Notes under the pieces: model-generated
Told to the model about the DNA's origin: nothing
The model's input: the letters and a program-made list of their open reading frames with translations, nothing else
Databases searched by the model: none
In this document: positions 47,779-58,989 of the stretch, piece by piece
Layout of the letters: each line of letters opens with the position of its first letter
Position numbering within the stretch: the stretch's first letter is position 1
Program-made: the position numbers and the translations under genes
DNA from: Faecousia sp.
Lineage (GTDB): Bacteria; Bacillota; Clostridia; Oscillospirales; Oscillospiraceae
Assembly: GCA_045647845.1 (NCBI GenBank)
Contig: JAZRMV010000009.1
Coordinates: 24,489-88,488 of the forward strand
Direction: 5' to 3'
Length of the DNA stretch: 64,000 nucleotides

Positions 47779-50421
47779 ATGAATCCGAAACCTTATGGCG
47801 TAAACGAATTACGCGAAATGTATCTGCATTTTTTTGAAACGAAGAACCACCTTCGCTTGCCCAGCTTTTCTCTGATCCCGCAGAACGATGCTTCGCTGCT
47901 GCTGATCAACTCCGGAATGGCGCCTATGAAGCCTTACTTTACCGGTGAAGTTGAACCTCCTCGGAGAAGAGTCTGCACTTGCCAGAAGTGTATTCGTACC
48001 GGTGATATCGAGAATATCGGCAAGACTGCCCGCCACGGCACATATTTTGAGATGCTGGGCAACTTCTCCTTTGGCGATTACTTTAAGCACGAAGCGATCG
48101 CTTGGAGCTGGGAGTTTTTGACCAAAGTGGTCGGTCTGGACGAGAACAGACTCTATCCTTCTATTTATGAGAACGATGATGAGGCGTTTAACATCTGGAA
48201 CAAAGAAGTTGGCGTTCCCGCTGAACGGATTTTCCGCTTCGGCAAGAAGGACAATTTCTGGGAACATGGCTCCGGTCCCTGCGGTCCTTGCTCTGAGATC
48301 TATTATGATCGCGGCGAGAAGTACGGCTGCGGTCAGCCTGGCTGCACTGTTGGCTGCGATTGTGACCGGTATATGGAAGTTTGGAATAACGTGTTCTCTC
48401 AGTTCAATAACGATGGTCAGGGCAACTACACCGAGCTTGCCCAGAAGAATATCGATACCGGTATGGGCCTGGAACGTCTGGCGGTTGTTTGTCAGGACGT
48501 AAACAGCCTGTTCGATGTGGACACGGTAATGAATATCACCAATAAAGTTACCGAACTGACCGGTGCATCTTATGGTCAGAGCGTGAAGAACGACGTTTCT
48601 CTGCGTGTCATTACAGACCATATTCGTGCATCTACCTTTATGATCGCCGATGGCGTTCTGCCTTCCAACGAGGGACGTGGATATGTGCTTCGAAGATTGC
48701 TGCGTCGTGCTGCCCGCCACGGCAAGCTTTTGGGTGTGAACAATCCATTCCTGTACCAAGTGGTGGAAGTGGTTGTTCATGAGAACGAGAGCCATTATAC
48801 CTATCTGCGTGAGCGTATGGAATATATCACCAAGGTAGTGAAGGTGGAAGAGGAAAACTTTGCCCGCACCATTGATGGCGGTATGCGCATTTTTGCGGAA
48901 AAAATGGCTGAGCATAAGGCAAAGGGCTGCACTGTTTTCTCCGGTGAAGATGCATTCCTGCTTAGTGATACCTACGGCTTCCCTGTGGACATTACCGTGG
49001 AAATGGTGGAAGACGAGGGTATGACGCTGGATATGGACAAGTTTATGGCTTGCCGTGAGGAGCAGCGTGTTCGTGCCCGTGAGGCTCGTAAAGCCCTTGG
49101 TGATCTGGCCTGGGCTGGCATTGATCTGGGTCTGGACAATACTCCCACAACCTTTGTCGGCTATACTGAGTATAACTGCGAGGCTAAGGTTCTAGCAGTT
49201 TGCGTTGGCGAGGAAGTTTCCGGCTCCATTGCCGGTGGCGAAAAGGGCATTTTGGTTCTGGATCGGACTCCTTTCTATGCGGAAATGGGCGGTCAGGTTG
49301 CGGATACCGGTGTGATTCTGGTTGGTGATTGCCGCTTTGAAGTGACCAATGTGCAGAAGGATAAGTCCGGCAAGTATTTGCACTACGGTGCGCTGAACAA
49401 CGGTACCATCAAGGTAGACGATGTGGTTCTTGCCGCGATCGATGTGGAGCGGCGTAAGGCAATTATGCGCGCTCACTCTGCCACTCACTTGCTCCAAAAG
49501 GCGCTCACTTCTGTTCTGGGTGACCATGTGCACCAAGCCGGTTCTTATGTAGAGCCCGATCATCTGCGTTTCGACTTTACCCATTACTCTGCCATGACCT
49601 CCGATGAGATTGAGAAGGTCAATGCAATCGTTCAGGACGCTGTTCTGGAGGGTTATGGCGTGGATGTTCGTGAAATGTCCATTGAAGATGCAAAGAAAAT
49701 GGGTGCTACCGCTTTGTTCAGTGAAAAGTATGGCGACACCGTACGTGTGGTCAATATGGGCGGCTATTCCATCGAACTTTGCGGTGGTACGCATCTGGAT
49801 AATACCTCTAAGGTCGGCCCCTTCTGCGTGATCTCCGAAAACTCCGTTGCCGCGGGTGTTCGCAGAATCGAAGCCATTACCGGCAAGGGTTATGTACGCA
49901 GAGCAAGAACCAATGAAGAGCAGTTGATGGAAGCAGCGGCCAAGCTGAAAGTCAAGCCTGTGGATCTTTTGAACCGCATTCAGGGTTCCTTGGACGAGAT
50001 CAAGGAATTGAAACGGATGATCGACGTGTATAAGTCCAAGGAAGCAGCCGGTGAAGTGGATCGTTTTCTATTCGGCTCTCGGAATGTGAACGGCTTGAAG
50101 GTTCTGACAGTCACAGTGCCCGATGCAGATGCCAATAAGCTGCGTCAGATGGGCGATATGCTCCGTGACAAGGATCCGGATGTGGCAGCGGTGCTGGCTT
50201 CCTGCAATGGTGACAAGCTGACATTCCTGGCAGTTTGCGGCAAGAATGCCATTGCTAAGGGTGTTAAGGCCGGTGATCTGGTGAAGCATGTGTGCACCTT
50301 CTGTGGTGGCAGCGGCGGTGGCAAGCCGGATTCCGCAATGGGCGGCGGCAAGGATGTAAATCTCTTGGATAATGCCTTGGCTACTGTGGACGATTTCGTT
50401 ACCGCAAAATTGAACGGCTAA
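47779..50421 (+). CDS. alaS: Alanyl-tRNA synthetase
   Basis: FEMLGNFSFGDYFK, DTGMGLER, HSATH, ELCGGTH and GGGKP. Confidence 0.98.
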   Translation: MNPKPYGVNELREMYLHFFETKNHLRLPSFSLIPQNDASLLLINSGMAPMKPYFTGEVEPPRRRVCTCQKCIRTGDIENIGKTARHGTYFEMLGNFSFGDYFKHEAIAWSWEFLTKVVGLDENRLYPSIYENDDEAFNIWNKEVGVPAERIFRFGKKDNFWEHGSGPCGPCSEIYYDRGEKYGCGQPGCTVGCDCDRYMEVWNNVFSQFNNDGQGNYTELAQKNIDTGMGLERLAVVCQDVNSLFDVDTVMNITNKVTELTGASYGQSVKNDVSLRVITDHIRASTFMIADGVLPSNEGRGYVLRRLLRRAARHGKLLGVNNPFLYQVVEVVVHENESHYTYLRERMEYITKVVKVEEENFARTIDGGMRIFAEKMAEHKAKGCTVFSGEDAFLLSDTYGFPVDITVEMVEDEGMTLDMDKFMACREEQRVRAREARKALGDLAWAGIDLGLDNTPTTFVGYTEYNCEAKVLAVCVGEEVSGSIAGGEKGILVLDRTPFYAEMGGQVADTGVILVGDCRFEVTNVQKDKSGKYLHYGALNNGTIKVDDVVLAAIDVERRKAIMRAHSATHLLQKALTSVLGDHVHQAGSYVEPDHLRFDFTHYSAMTSDEIEKVNAIVQDAVLEGYGVDVREMSIEDAKKMGATALFSEKYGDTVRVVNMGGYSIELCGGTHLDNTSKVGPFCVISENSVAAGVRRIEAITGKGYVRRARTNEEQLMEAAAKLKVKPVDLLNRIQGSLDEIKELKRMIDVYKSKEAAGEVDRFLFGSRNVNGLKVLTVTVPDADANKLRQMGDMLRDKDPDVAAVLASCNGDKLTFLAVCGKNAIAKGVKAGDLVKHVCTFCGGSGGGKPDSAMGGGKDVNLLDNALATVDDFVTAKLNG

Positions 50422-50475
50422 TTAAAATGCGCCGCCAGGATCGTTCTTGGCGGCGCTTCTTGTCTGGTGGGTCTT

Positions 50476-52728
50476 ATGCGAAAACTTTTGTATATTACCA
50501 TAGGTTTTGCTGCATCTTGTGCGCTGGCGGCATACGGGGATTCTTCCGTCATCTGGATCCTCGGCCTGATTTTCTTCGCTCTTTTTGCCATCTCGTTATT
50601 TCTGGTGCGCAAGTGGAACAAGTTCAAAGTTGCTGCATCCTTACTTCTTGGTTTATGGTTAGGCGCTTGTTGGTTTGCAGGTTACGACAGTTTTCTGCTG
50701 GAACCGGCAAGAGCCTTAGACGGGAAAGCTGTTCTGGCCACAATTACCTTGTCGGATTATTCCGAGGAGAGTTCTTATGGCATCAGTGTAAACGGTGATT
50801 TTCAACACCAAGGCAGAACCTACCGGGTGCTGATCTATTTGAACGATCCGGCTGAGTTCCGACCCGGAGATCGGATCTCCGGTTATTTTCGCTTCCGTTA
50901 TACGTCAGTGGGTGGTGAGCGGGAAGTGAATTACCGGCAGGGAGAGGGGATATTCCTGTTTGCGTCGCAGATCGGGCGCTATACATGGGAGAAATGCGAC
51001 CAAGTACCTCTGCGCTATTATGGCGCTTACTTGCGGCATTTGATCAGCAGCAAAATCGATGAACTGTTTGATTCAGATGCGGCTGGATTTGCTAAGGCAT
51101 TGGTGTTGGGCGACCGCTCCGACCTTGACTATGAAATCTCAACCAATTTCAAGATCAGCGGTATCAGCCACATTGTCGCAGTGTCCGGTTTGCATGTGTC
51201 GATGGTTTTTGCGTTGGTATATTTACTGTCTATCAGACGGCGCTGGTTGCTGTTTCTCCTGGGAATCCCATCTTTGGTGCTGTTTTCTGCCATAGCGGGC
51301 TTTACTCCATCTGTCACCAGAGCCTGCATCATGCAGGCCATGATGATCCTTGCTATGCTCACAAACCGGGAATATGACCCGCCAACCGCATTGGCCTTTT
51401 CCGCTTTGGTAATGCTATGCGTCAATCCAATGGTCATTACATCGGTGAGTTTCCAGCTGACTGTCAGTTGCATGATCGGTATTTTCTTATTCTATCGACG
51501 GATTCATGCCTGGCTTTTGCAGCGCAAGTGGATGGGAAATGTACAGGGAAATGGAATCCTTTCTCGGATTAAACGTGGTTTTGCCGCATCCATTTGCGTC
51601 AGTATCAGCGCAACTTTGTGCACAACGCCGTTTGTGGCGTTTTATTTTGGCACCGTCAGTTTGATCGGTGTTGTGACAAATCTGCTGGCGGTGTGGTTGG
51701 TCACATATATTTTTTATGGCATCGCACTCGCCTGTGCGATCAGTACTTTTAGTGGAATCATTGCTGCATTCTTGACCGTGTTGACTACTGGGGCAATTCG
51801 TTTCTTGCTTTGGATCGTAGAAGTGCTTGCTGAATTTCCTCTTGCCGCAGTATATACCAAAAGTATCTATGTTGTTTGTTGGCTGATTTTTGCCTATGTT
51901 ATGCTTGGTGCGTTCTTATTGATGAAGAAGAAACCCTTGGTGTTAACCAGTGGACTGGTGACGATGGGTCTGTGTCTTTCTCTGCTTCTTTCGTGGGTAG
52001 AGCCAATGCTGGACGATACCAGAATCACGCTGATCGATGTGGGTCAGGGACAATGCGTATTGATTCAAAGTCAGGGAAGATCTTATCTGGTAGACTGCGG
52101 TGGATATAGTGAAACCTCATCTGCTGATGCAGCAGCAGAATCGTTGCTTAGCCAAGGCATTTCTCGTTTGGATGGTATCATCGTGACCCATTATGATGAA
52201 GACCACGCAGGCGGTATCGCAAATCTGCTTACTCGCATTTCGGCTGACCGGGTATATTTACCAAACCTTTCAGACGAAGACGGTGTTGGCTGCGAGATCC
52301 GCAAATTGGTGAATGGCGCAGCCGTTTTGGTGGCTGAGGATCTGCAACTGACTTTCGGATCATCCAATATGCAGTTATTTGCACCGGAAATGGTCGAAAT
52401 GGGAAACGAAAGTAGTATCTGTGTCTTGTTCAGCGGTAAAAACTGTGATATACTGATTACAGGTGACCGGGGTACATTGGGCGAGGCGCTTTTAATGCAG
52501 CGTGTAGTTTTGCCTAAATTGGATCTTTTGATCGCGGGTCACCATGGCTCCGGTGGTTCGACGGGTGAGAAATTGCTGGCCAAAACTGAGCCGGATTATG
52601 TATTTATTTCTGTGGGTGAAAACAACCGATACGGTCATCCGTCGGATGAGCTTCTTGCTCGCTTGGCAAAGTACGGTTGCATCGTATATCGCACAGATCA
52701 AAACGGAACGATCCTATTCAGGGGGTGA
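50476..52728 (+). CDS. comEC: Competence protein ComEC/Rec2
   Basis: HIVAVSGLHV, SFQLT, DVGQG, THYDEDH, HHGS and NRYGHP. Confidence 0.93.
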   Translation: MRKLLYITIGFAASCALAAYGDSSVIWILGLIFFALFAISLFLVRKWNKFKVAASLLLGLWLGACWFAGYDSFLLEPARALDGKAVLATITLSDYSEESSYGISVNGDFQHQGRTYRVLIYLNDPAEFRPGDRISGYFRFRYTSVGGEREVNYRQGEGIFLFASQIGRYTWEKCDQVPLRYYGAYLRHLISSKIDELFDSDAAGFAKALVLGDRSDLDYEISTNFKISGISHIVAVSGLHVSMVFALVYLLSIRRRWLLFLLGIPSLVLFSAIAGFTPSVTRACIMQAMMILAMLTNREYDPPTALAFSALVMLCVNPMVITSVSFQLTVSCMIGIFLFYRRIHAWLLQRKWMGNVQGNGILSRIKRGFAASICVSISATLCTTPFVAFYFGTVSLIGVVTNLLAVWLVTYIFYGIALACAISTFSGIIAAFLTVLTTGAIRFLLWIVEVLAEFPLAAVYTKSIYVVCWLIFAYVMLGAFLLMKKKPLVLTSGLVTMGLCLSLLLSWVEPMLDDTRITLIDVGQGQCVLIQSQGRSYLVDCGGYSETSSADAAAESLLSQGISRLDGIIVTHYDEDHAGGIANLLTRISADRVYLPNLSDEDGVGCEIRKLVNGAAVLVAEDLQLTFGSSNMQLFAPEMVEMGNESSICVLFSGKNCDILITGDRGTLGEALLMQRVVLPKLDLLIAGHHGSGGSTGEKLLAKTEPDYVFISVGENNRYGHPSDELLARLAKYGCIVYRTDQNGTILFRG

Positions 52729-52732
52729 AATC

Positions 52733-53779
52733 ATGGCGGATAAAAGCATTGCAGACGAATCTTTGCAGGTGTTAAAATCGGATCTTCGTGAGAAAATGCC
52801 CAGAAGACTTTATGTGTTTTTCGGTGAAGAGCAGTTCCTGCTGAATCATTATCTGAGTATGTTGAAGAAACTTTTGGTTGACCCTCTGACCGAATCCTTC
52901 AATTTTCATCGATTTACCTCTGAAAATTTCGATTTGCAGTCTTTTGCTGATTCTGTGGAGAATCTTCCTATGATGGCTGAATCCACCATGGTCCAAGTGG
53001 ACGATGTGGATCTATTTAAGCAGGACGAATCCGGCAGAGCCAGACTTTGCGAGATTTTTGCGGATATTCCGCCTTACTGCACAGTGGTGCTTACCTATAA
53101 CACGGTGGAATGGAAATCGGATAAGCGTTACGCAAAGCTTTGTGAAGCGGTGAACCATTTTGCTTTTCCGGTTCAGTTCCCTAAGCAGAGCCAGCGGGAT
53201 CTGATCAGTTGGATCACCCGGCATTTTTCTGCAAGACAAAAGAAGATCGCACCCGAACTGTGCGCATATTTGATTGAGATCACAGATGGAACCATGACCT
53301 CTCTCGCAGGCGAGATTTCTAAGATTTGCGCCTATTCCGGTGCGGATACCATTACTCGTTCTGATATCGATGCGGTGGTTGAGCCGGTGCTGGATGCGGT
53401 GGTTTTCGATATGACCAATTTGCTTGGAAACGGCAAATATGGCGAGGCTTTGGTCAGTTTACAAAAGCTACTAAAAATGCAGGAAGAACCTATTATGCTT
53501 CTGGGCGCCATTGGCGGACATTTTCGCAATATTGCAGCTGCAAGAACCTTGCTTGACAATGGCAAAGGCGTATCCGATCTGATGAAGCTGCGGGGTATGC
53601 GTGACTTTGCTGCCCGAAAGACGATGGATTGCGCAAAGCTGTTCTCCCGGGAATCCTGCCGTAAGGCTATGGAGCTGATCCTGGAGACGGACTACGCCAT
53701 GAAGACCTCTTTTGATGATAAAAAGCGGCTTCTGGAAATGCTGATTTTGCAGTTTGGGCAGGTATCTGCAAATGATTAA
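52733..53779 (+). CDS. holA: DNA polymerase III delta subunit
   Basis: LYVFFGEE, LPMMAE, EISKI and VFDMT; canonical position after comEC. Start reassigned. Confidence 0.9.
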   Translation: MADKSIADESLQVLKSDLREKMPRRLYVFFGEEQFLLNHYLSMLKKLLVDPLTESFNFHRFTSENFDLQSFADSVENLPMMAESTMVQVDDVDLFKQDESGRARLCEIFADIPPYCTVVLTYNTVEWKSDKRYAKLCEAVNHFAFPVQFPKQSQRDLISWITRHFSARQKKIAPELCAYLIEITDGTMTSLAGEISKICAYSGADTITRSDIDAVVEPVLDAVVFDMTNLLGNGKYGEALVSLQKLLKMQEEPIMLLGAIGGHFRNIAAARTLLDNGKGVSDLMKLRGMRDFAARKTMDCAKLFSRESCRKAMELILETDYAMKTSFDDKKRLLEMLILQFGQVSAND

Positions 53780-54356
53780 GATTCGAGAAGCGATCGTGGT
53801 CGAGGGACGGTACGATAAAAACACCCTCTCCCAAGTAGTGGACGCAAATATCTTTGTTACCGATGGGTTTGCCATTTTTCATGATTCTAAACAGATGGCG
53901 TTTCTTCGCAATGTTGCGCAAAAGTGTGGCTTGATTGTGTTTACCGATTCAGATGGTGCCGGTTTCGTGATCCGCAATCATCTGAAAGGGTGTATTGACC
54001 CGAAGTATTTGAAGCATGCCTATATTCCAGATGTTCCCGGAAAGGAACACCGGAAGTCCGCTCCTGGTAAGGAAGGGAAACTGGGCGTTGAAGGGATGAC
54101 ACCGGAAGTGATCGTGAGGGCTCTGCGTAACGCAGGCGCGACGATTGACGGTGAGGGTGCTGCGACTACCATATCCATTACAAAGCAGGATTTGGTTGAG
54201 CTGGGGCTCTCTGGCGGTGCGGGCAGCGCTCAAAAGCGAGCAAAATTGCTGAAACTGCTGGATCTGCCTGATAAAATGAGCTCAAATGCTATGTTGCAGG
54301 CGCTGAATTTACTGTATGGCTTAGATGAACTGAAAGAGCAGGTGGAGAAACTGTAA
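53772..54356 (+). CDS. rnmV: Ribonuclease M5 (TOPRIM plus DUF4093-like C-terminus)
   Basis: IVVEGRYD, FTDSDGAG..IR and LGVE. Confidence 0.85.
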   Translation: MIKIREAIVVEGRYDKNTLSQVVDANIFVTDGFAIFHDSKQMAFLRNVAQKCGLIVFTDSDGAGFVIRNHLKGCIDPKYLKHAYIPDVPGKEHRKSAPGKEGKLGVEGMTPEVIVRALRNAGATIDGEGAATTISITKQDLVELGLSGGAGSAQKRAKLLKLLDLPDKMSSNAMLQALNLLYGLDELKEQVEKL

Positions 54357-54376
54357 CATCTGCCGAGGAGAGGAAT

Positions 54377-56242
54377 ATGGTTGACATTTCTGTTAAAAAC
54401 TTAACAAAGTTCTTCGTCATCGGCGAAAACCTGTTGGAAGACCTTTCCTTTGACATTCAGGAAGGGGAGTGCGTTGCGGTTTTGGGACGCAACGGTTGCG
54501 GCAAGACCACGCTTTTGCGAATTTTGACCGGACAAATGGAGTTTGACAGCGGTGAGGTCTTTGTAAATCCTGATAAGCGCATTGGCCTTATATCTCAGAT
54601 CCCGGTGTTTCCTGAGGGATATTCGGTTGAAAATGTTTTACGCACAGCCTATTCCGAGGTCGTACAGATCCAGAAGAAGATGGAGGAACTTGAACGGCAA
54701 ATGGGCACCGGCGCTTCCCCGGAGCAGTTGAAAGAATATGATAATCTTACCAACCGTTTTCAGTTGGGCGGCGGCTATGAGATGGATGTGGAGGTGGACA
54801 AGGTCTGTAACGGCCTTGGCATCAGCCCTGAGCAGCGGTCGCAGAATTTCGATGACCTTTCCGGCGGAGAGAAAACCCGTGTGAATCTTGGCCGATTATT
54901 GCTGGAAAAGACGGACATTCTATTACTGGACGAGCCTACAAACCATCTTGACCTTCGCAGTGTGGAATGGCTGGAAGCATATATTAATGCTTTTAAGGGA
55001 ACGGTTCTGGTGATCTCCCATGATCGTTACTTTTTGGATCGAGTTGTTGATCGTGTCATTGAGATCACAGATGGCCATGCGGAGTTTTACTCCGGTAATT
55101 ATTCGTTCTACATGGACGAAAAGCAGCGTCGCTTTGACCTGCAAATGAAACAGTATGAGCAGGAACAGGCGAAACTGAAACAGCTGGGTTATACTGTTGA
55201 ACGAATGAAGGGCTGGGGTATCAACAACCGCACACTCTATCGCAGAGCTATGTCCATTCAGCATAGAATGGAACGAATCAAAAAAACTGAAAAACCCAAG
55301 ACGGAAAAGACTATGAAGGCAACTTTTCATGAGCAGGATTTTTCCGGTGATGTGGTTTTTAAAATGAAAAACGTGGCGAAAGCATTTGGTGACCGAGTGC
55401 TGTTTTCCGATGTGAATTTGCAGGTGCAGGGCGGTGAGCGGATCGCCATTTTGGGCGATAACGGTACGGGGAAGACCACCTTTTTGCAATGCCTGCTGGA
55501 TCTGGAAGATTGCAGCGGAAAGATTCAGTTTGGTCCGACAGTTAAATCCGGATATCTTCCCCAGATCGTTCGCTTTTCTCATCCGGAACGCACATTGTAT
55601 GATACAATGCTGTATGAAAAGAACTGCACTCCTCAGACGGCTCGTGACCGTCTGGGCGCGTTTTTGTTTCAAGGTGAAAATGTGTTCAAAAGCGTGGGAA
55701 GCCTCTCCGGAGGCGAGCAGAGCCGTCTGAGACTGTGCATGCTCATGGATGAGAAGATCAACCTGCTGATACTTGACGAGCCTACCAACCATTTAGACAT
55801 TGCGTCCAGAGAGTGGATCGAGGCCGCCATAGAGGAATTTGAAGGAACGTTGATTTTTGTTTCCCACGACCGCTACTTTATCGAGCGGTTTGCGGAACGC
55901 ATCTGGTTGATTGATGATGGAAAGATCAGAGATTTTCCCTGCGGATATACCAAGTATCGATCCATTATAGACCATGAAGCCCAGTCCAAAGTGCCCACTG
56001 CTGTTGCCCCAGTCCGAAAGGAGAAGCCCAAAGGCGGAACGAAGGAAGTAGACAAGCTGGTTCGCCGTTTGGAACGGGAGATCGAAAAGCAGGAGCAAAA
56101 GATTGCGGATTTGGATCAGCAAATGGAAGCGGCCGCATCAGATTATCAGGAATTGACCCGCATTTTGCAGGAAAAAGAAAACGAGGAAGCTGTGCTTCTG
56201 GCCTTAATGGAACAATGGGAGCTGGCGCAAGAAAATCTGTAA
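54377..56242 (+). CDS. ABC-F family ATPase
   Basis: Two NBDs (GRNGCGKT, GDNGTGKT), LDEPTNHLD twice, no TM segments, C-terminal coiled coil. Confidence 0.93.
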   Translation: MVDISVKNLTKFFVIGENLLEDLSFDIQEGECVAVLGRNGCGKTTLLRILTGQMEFDSGEVFVNPDKRIGLISQIPVFPEGYSVENVLRTAYSEVVQIQKKMEELERQMGTGASPEQLKEYDNLTNRFQLGGGYEMDVEVDKVCNGLGISPEQRSQNFDDLSGGEKTRVNLGRLLLEKTDILLLDEPTNHLDLRSVEWLEAYINAFKGTVLVISHDRYFLDRVVDRVIEITDGHAEFYSGNYSFYMDEKQRRFDLQMKQYEQEQAKLKQLGYTVERMKGWGINNRTLYRRAMSIQHRMERIKKTEKPKTEKTMKATFHEQDFSGDVVFKMKNVAKAFGDRVLFSDVNLQVQGGERIAILGDNGTGKTTFLQCLLDLEDCSGKIQFGPTVKSGYLPQIVRFSHPERTLYDTMLYEKNCTPQTARDRLGAFLFQGENVFKSVGSLSGGEQSRLRLCMLMDEKINLLILDEPTNHLDIASREWIEAAIEEFEGTLIFVSHDRYFIERFAERIWLIDDGKIRDFPCGYTKYRSIIDHEAQSKVPTAVAPVRKEKPKGGTKEVDKLVRRLEREIEKQEQKIADLDQQMEAAASDYQELTRILQEKENEEAVLLALMEQWELAQENL

Positions 56243-56259
56243 CGAATTGAGGAATATTT

Positions 56260-57084
56260 ATGAGTTCATGTAACGGTAATTGCAGCAGCTGCGGCAGTAC
56301 TTCCTGCGGTGATCGGAAGCAGGAGAGCCTGCGCATTCTGCCGAATGAAAAATCGAACATCAAGAAGGTGATCGCAGTTGTGTCCGGTAAGGGTGGTGTT
56401 GGCAAATCCACAGTTACCACCCAGCTGGCGGTTGCCATGGCCAACCAGGGTTACCGGGTCGGTGTCCTGGATGCGGACATTACCGGTCCTTCTATGCCTA
56501 AGGCTTTTGGTGTCACCGAGTGCCAAGGCGCATCGGAGGAAGGACTTTATCCTGCTTTGAGCAGTAAAGGAATCCAAATCATGTCCATTAATCTGCTCTT
56601 GGATAACGAAACAGATCCGGTTGTTTGGCGCGGACCTGTGATTGCTGGTGCGGTGAAGCAATTCTGGACGGACGTGATCTGGGAAGATGTGGATTATATG
56701 TTTGTAGATATGCCTCCCGGAACGGGTGATGTGCCCCTGACTGTGTTCCAGAGCCTTCCGGTGGATGGCATCGTGATTGTAACAAGTCCCCAGGATCTGG
56801 TGTCCATGATCGTTGCAAAAGCTTTGAATATGGCGAATATGATGCATATTCCCGTTCTGGGCTTCGTGGAGAATTACAGCTATCTGACATGCCCCGATTG
56901 CGGCAAAAAGCTTTATGTCTTTGGCGAAAGCAAGTTGGATCAGGTTGCGCAGCAGTATGGTTTGCCGGTGCTTGCCCGGTTGCCCATAGATCCCAATGTG
57001 GCAGCTGCTTTTGATAATGGCAAAGTGGAAGATCTCAATGTTGATCATCTTACTGATGCGGTAAACGCAGTTAAAAATGCATAA
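56260..57084 (+). CDS. Mrp/NBP35 Fe-S carrier ATPase
   Basis: N-terminal Cys cluster, GKGGVGKS, DMPPGTGD and CPDC. Confidence 0.93.
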   Translation: MSSCNGNCSSCGSTSCGDRKQESLRILPNEKSNIKKVIAVVSGKGGVGKSTVTTQLAVAMANQGYRVGVLDADITGPSMPKAFGVTECQGASEEGLYPALSSKGIQIMSINLLLDNETDPVVWRGPVIAGAVKQFWTDVIWEDVDYMFVDMPPGTGDVPLTVFQSLPVDGIVIVTSPQDLVSMIVAKALNMANMMHIPVLGFVENYSYLTCPDCGKKLYVFGESKLDQVAQQYGLPVLARLPIDPNVAAAFDNGKVEDLNVDHLTDAVNAVKNA

Positions 57085-57121
57085 CAAAAACACCCGACGG
57101 TAAAGTCGGGTGTTTTTGTTA

Positions 57122-57940
57122 TTAAAGAATGTGTCCGATGAGATACCACAGCACCAAAAGCACAACCAGCAGGGGAATGTATGCGGGCAAGGCGGAAACG
57201 CCAATGAAAACCGCTACCATTCCGAATTGATTCAGAGCATAGATCAGTACAGTCATCAAAAGGGCAGTGAGCATAGCTTTGCTGAGCATTTTGCCAATGA
57301 TATTGGCAAAAAAGAATGTGTAAAGAAATGCGATAATGGGGTTAACCGTGGTCAAAATTGCGCCTACAACGAATTTCAGCGCGCCAACTGCCAGCATGGC
57401 TACCAAAATGCCAAGTAGGATCGACGGCGCGTAGGTGAGCAGTCCTTCGGGCAGATATGCGTTCAAAACAAAATTGACGACAGCATGAAGGATCATTGCC
57501 AACGCAACACTTGTACATCTGCTGAGCAGCCATGTGATGAATTTCTTGCCCTTGGGAATCCAGCTGTTAGCCAGATTTACCAAGAATGCAAGAATTACCG
57601 CATTTAACAATTCGTTGGCTAAAACCGTGTATTCTGCTTCCAGAATATTGAATATGTTCAGATATTCATCACTGATTGTGATAAACGGCAAGGGAGAGAT
57701 GAGAAATTTCAGATCCGAAACCCCGTAACTGTAAATTACTACGGTGATCGCATAAATGAACAAAATGCCGATCACAGAGGAAATACTCTGGTTCAGCACG
57801 GAACGTTTGCCGAATATCAAGCGAGCCAGAGCGCCCACAACGATGAAAGCGCCTACAATGATCAGCGCACCTTGGAGCATGGTTTCAATGGGAAAATTCT
57901 CCGGAAAAAGAGATTGGATTGCTTGCAGAATTGTTTCCAT
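57122..57940 (-). CDS. Hypothetical polytopic membrane protein
   Basis: Strongly hydrophobic ORF with an AGGAGG RBS before METIL. Confidence 0.75.
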   Translation of the reverse strand: METILQAIQSLFPENFPIETMLQGALIIVGAFIVVGALARLIFGKRSVLNQSISSVIGILFIYAITVVIYSYGVSDLKFLISPLPFITISDEYLNIFNILEAEYTVLANELLNAVILAFLVNLANSWIPKGKKFITWLLSRCTSVALAMILHAVVNFVLNAYLPEGLLTYAPSILLGILVAMLAVGALKFVVGAILTTVNPIIAFLYTFFFANIIGKMLSKAMLTALLMTVLIYALNQFGMVAVFIGVSALPAYIPLLVVLLVLWYLIGHIL

Positions 57941-58006
57941 AGGCAACCTCCTTAATAGGAAAACAGCCGCCAATATTGGCGGCTGTATATGTTTAAGAGT
58001 AAGCTC

Positions 58007-58384
58007 TTACTTCAGCTCAGCGTCAGCGCCAGCTTCCTTCAGCTCGGCGACCATCTTCTCAGCCTCTTCCTTGGAGACAGCTTCCTTCAAGGTCTTGGGG
58101 CAGTTGTCAACCAGGTCCTTAGCGTCCTTCAGACCCAGACCGGTGATAGCGCGAACAACCTTGATAACGTTCAGCTTGGAGTCGCCGGCAGCCTTCAGGA
58201 TGACGTCGAACTCGGTCTTCTCCTCAACCTCAGCAGCAGCAGCGCCGGCAGCAGGAGCAGCAACAGCGGCAGCAGCGGCAGAAACGCCGAAAACTTCTTC
58301 CAAAGTGTGGACCAGTTCGGACAACTCCAGGACGGTCAGACCCTTAACTTCCTCTACGAGAGCAGTGACTTTTTCACTAGCCAT
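58007..58384 (-). CDS. rplL: 50S ribosomal protein L7/L12
   Basis: EEKTEFDV and [11 protein letters not shown]. Confidence 0.98.
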   Translation of the reverse strand: MASEKVTALVEEVKGLTVLELSELVHTLEEVFGVSAAAAAVAAPAAGAAAAEVEEKTEFDVILKAAGDSKLNVIKVVRAITGLGLKDAKDLVDNCPKTLKEAVSKEEAEKMVAELKEAGADAELK

Positions 58385-58440
58385 TGTAATAATCCTCCTA
58401 AATAAATGTTTTTGTAATGATTTGTTGATTTACGAACAGA

Positions 58441-58971
58441 TTAACCCTCTGCTGCATCTGCAACAGGAGCGCCGCCTTCTTTCTGAATCCGGATCTGGTC
58501 CAGGACGAAAGCCAGGCTGGAAATAGGTGCCAAGAAGGTACCCAGGACAGAAGCAACCAGAGCATTCTTGCTGGGGAGTTCGCCGAAGCCGTTCAGCTGC
58601 GCAGCGGTCAGGACAGAGCCTTCCACGACGCCGCCCTTGATGGACAGCTTGACGCCTTTGTTCTTCTTGGTGAACTCGCAGGCAACGCGAGCGGGGGCCA
58701 TGGGATCGCCGGTGGTGTAAGCCATTGCGGTAGTGCCGTTGAGAACCTCGTCGAAATCGTAGCCAATGTTCTTGGCAGCGAAACGGGTCAAGGTGTTCTT
58801 AACAACGGTGTACTCCACTCCGGCTTCACGGAACTGCTTACGCAGTTCGGTATCCTGAGCAACAGTAATACCCTTGTAATCCAGGAAAACCACGGAAGAG
58901 GATTCCTTGATCTTACCGGTCAGAGTTTCAACAACTGCCTTTTTGTTCTCAAGAACCTTTGCGTTGGGCAT
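58441..58971 (-). CDS. rplJ: 50S ribosomal protein L10
   Basis: DYKGITV, VVKNTL and ELPSK. Confidence 0.97.
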   Translation of the reverse strand: MPNAKVLENKKAVVETLTGKIKESSSVVFLDYKGITVAQDTELRKQFREAGVEYTVVKNTLTRFAAKNIGYDFDEVLNGTTAMAYTTGDPMAPARVACEFTKKNKGVKLSIKGGVVEGSVLTAAQLNGFGELPSKNALVASVLGTFLAPISSLAFVLDQIRIQKEGGAPVADAAEG

Positions 58972-58989
58972 GAATTTTCACCTCCGAAA

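Noticed and set aside
54377-56242. ABC-F as an antibiotic-resistance determinant
   Set aside because: Housekeeping operon context, no leader peptide or mobile signature, and the subfamily cannot be assigned by eye.
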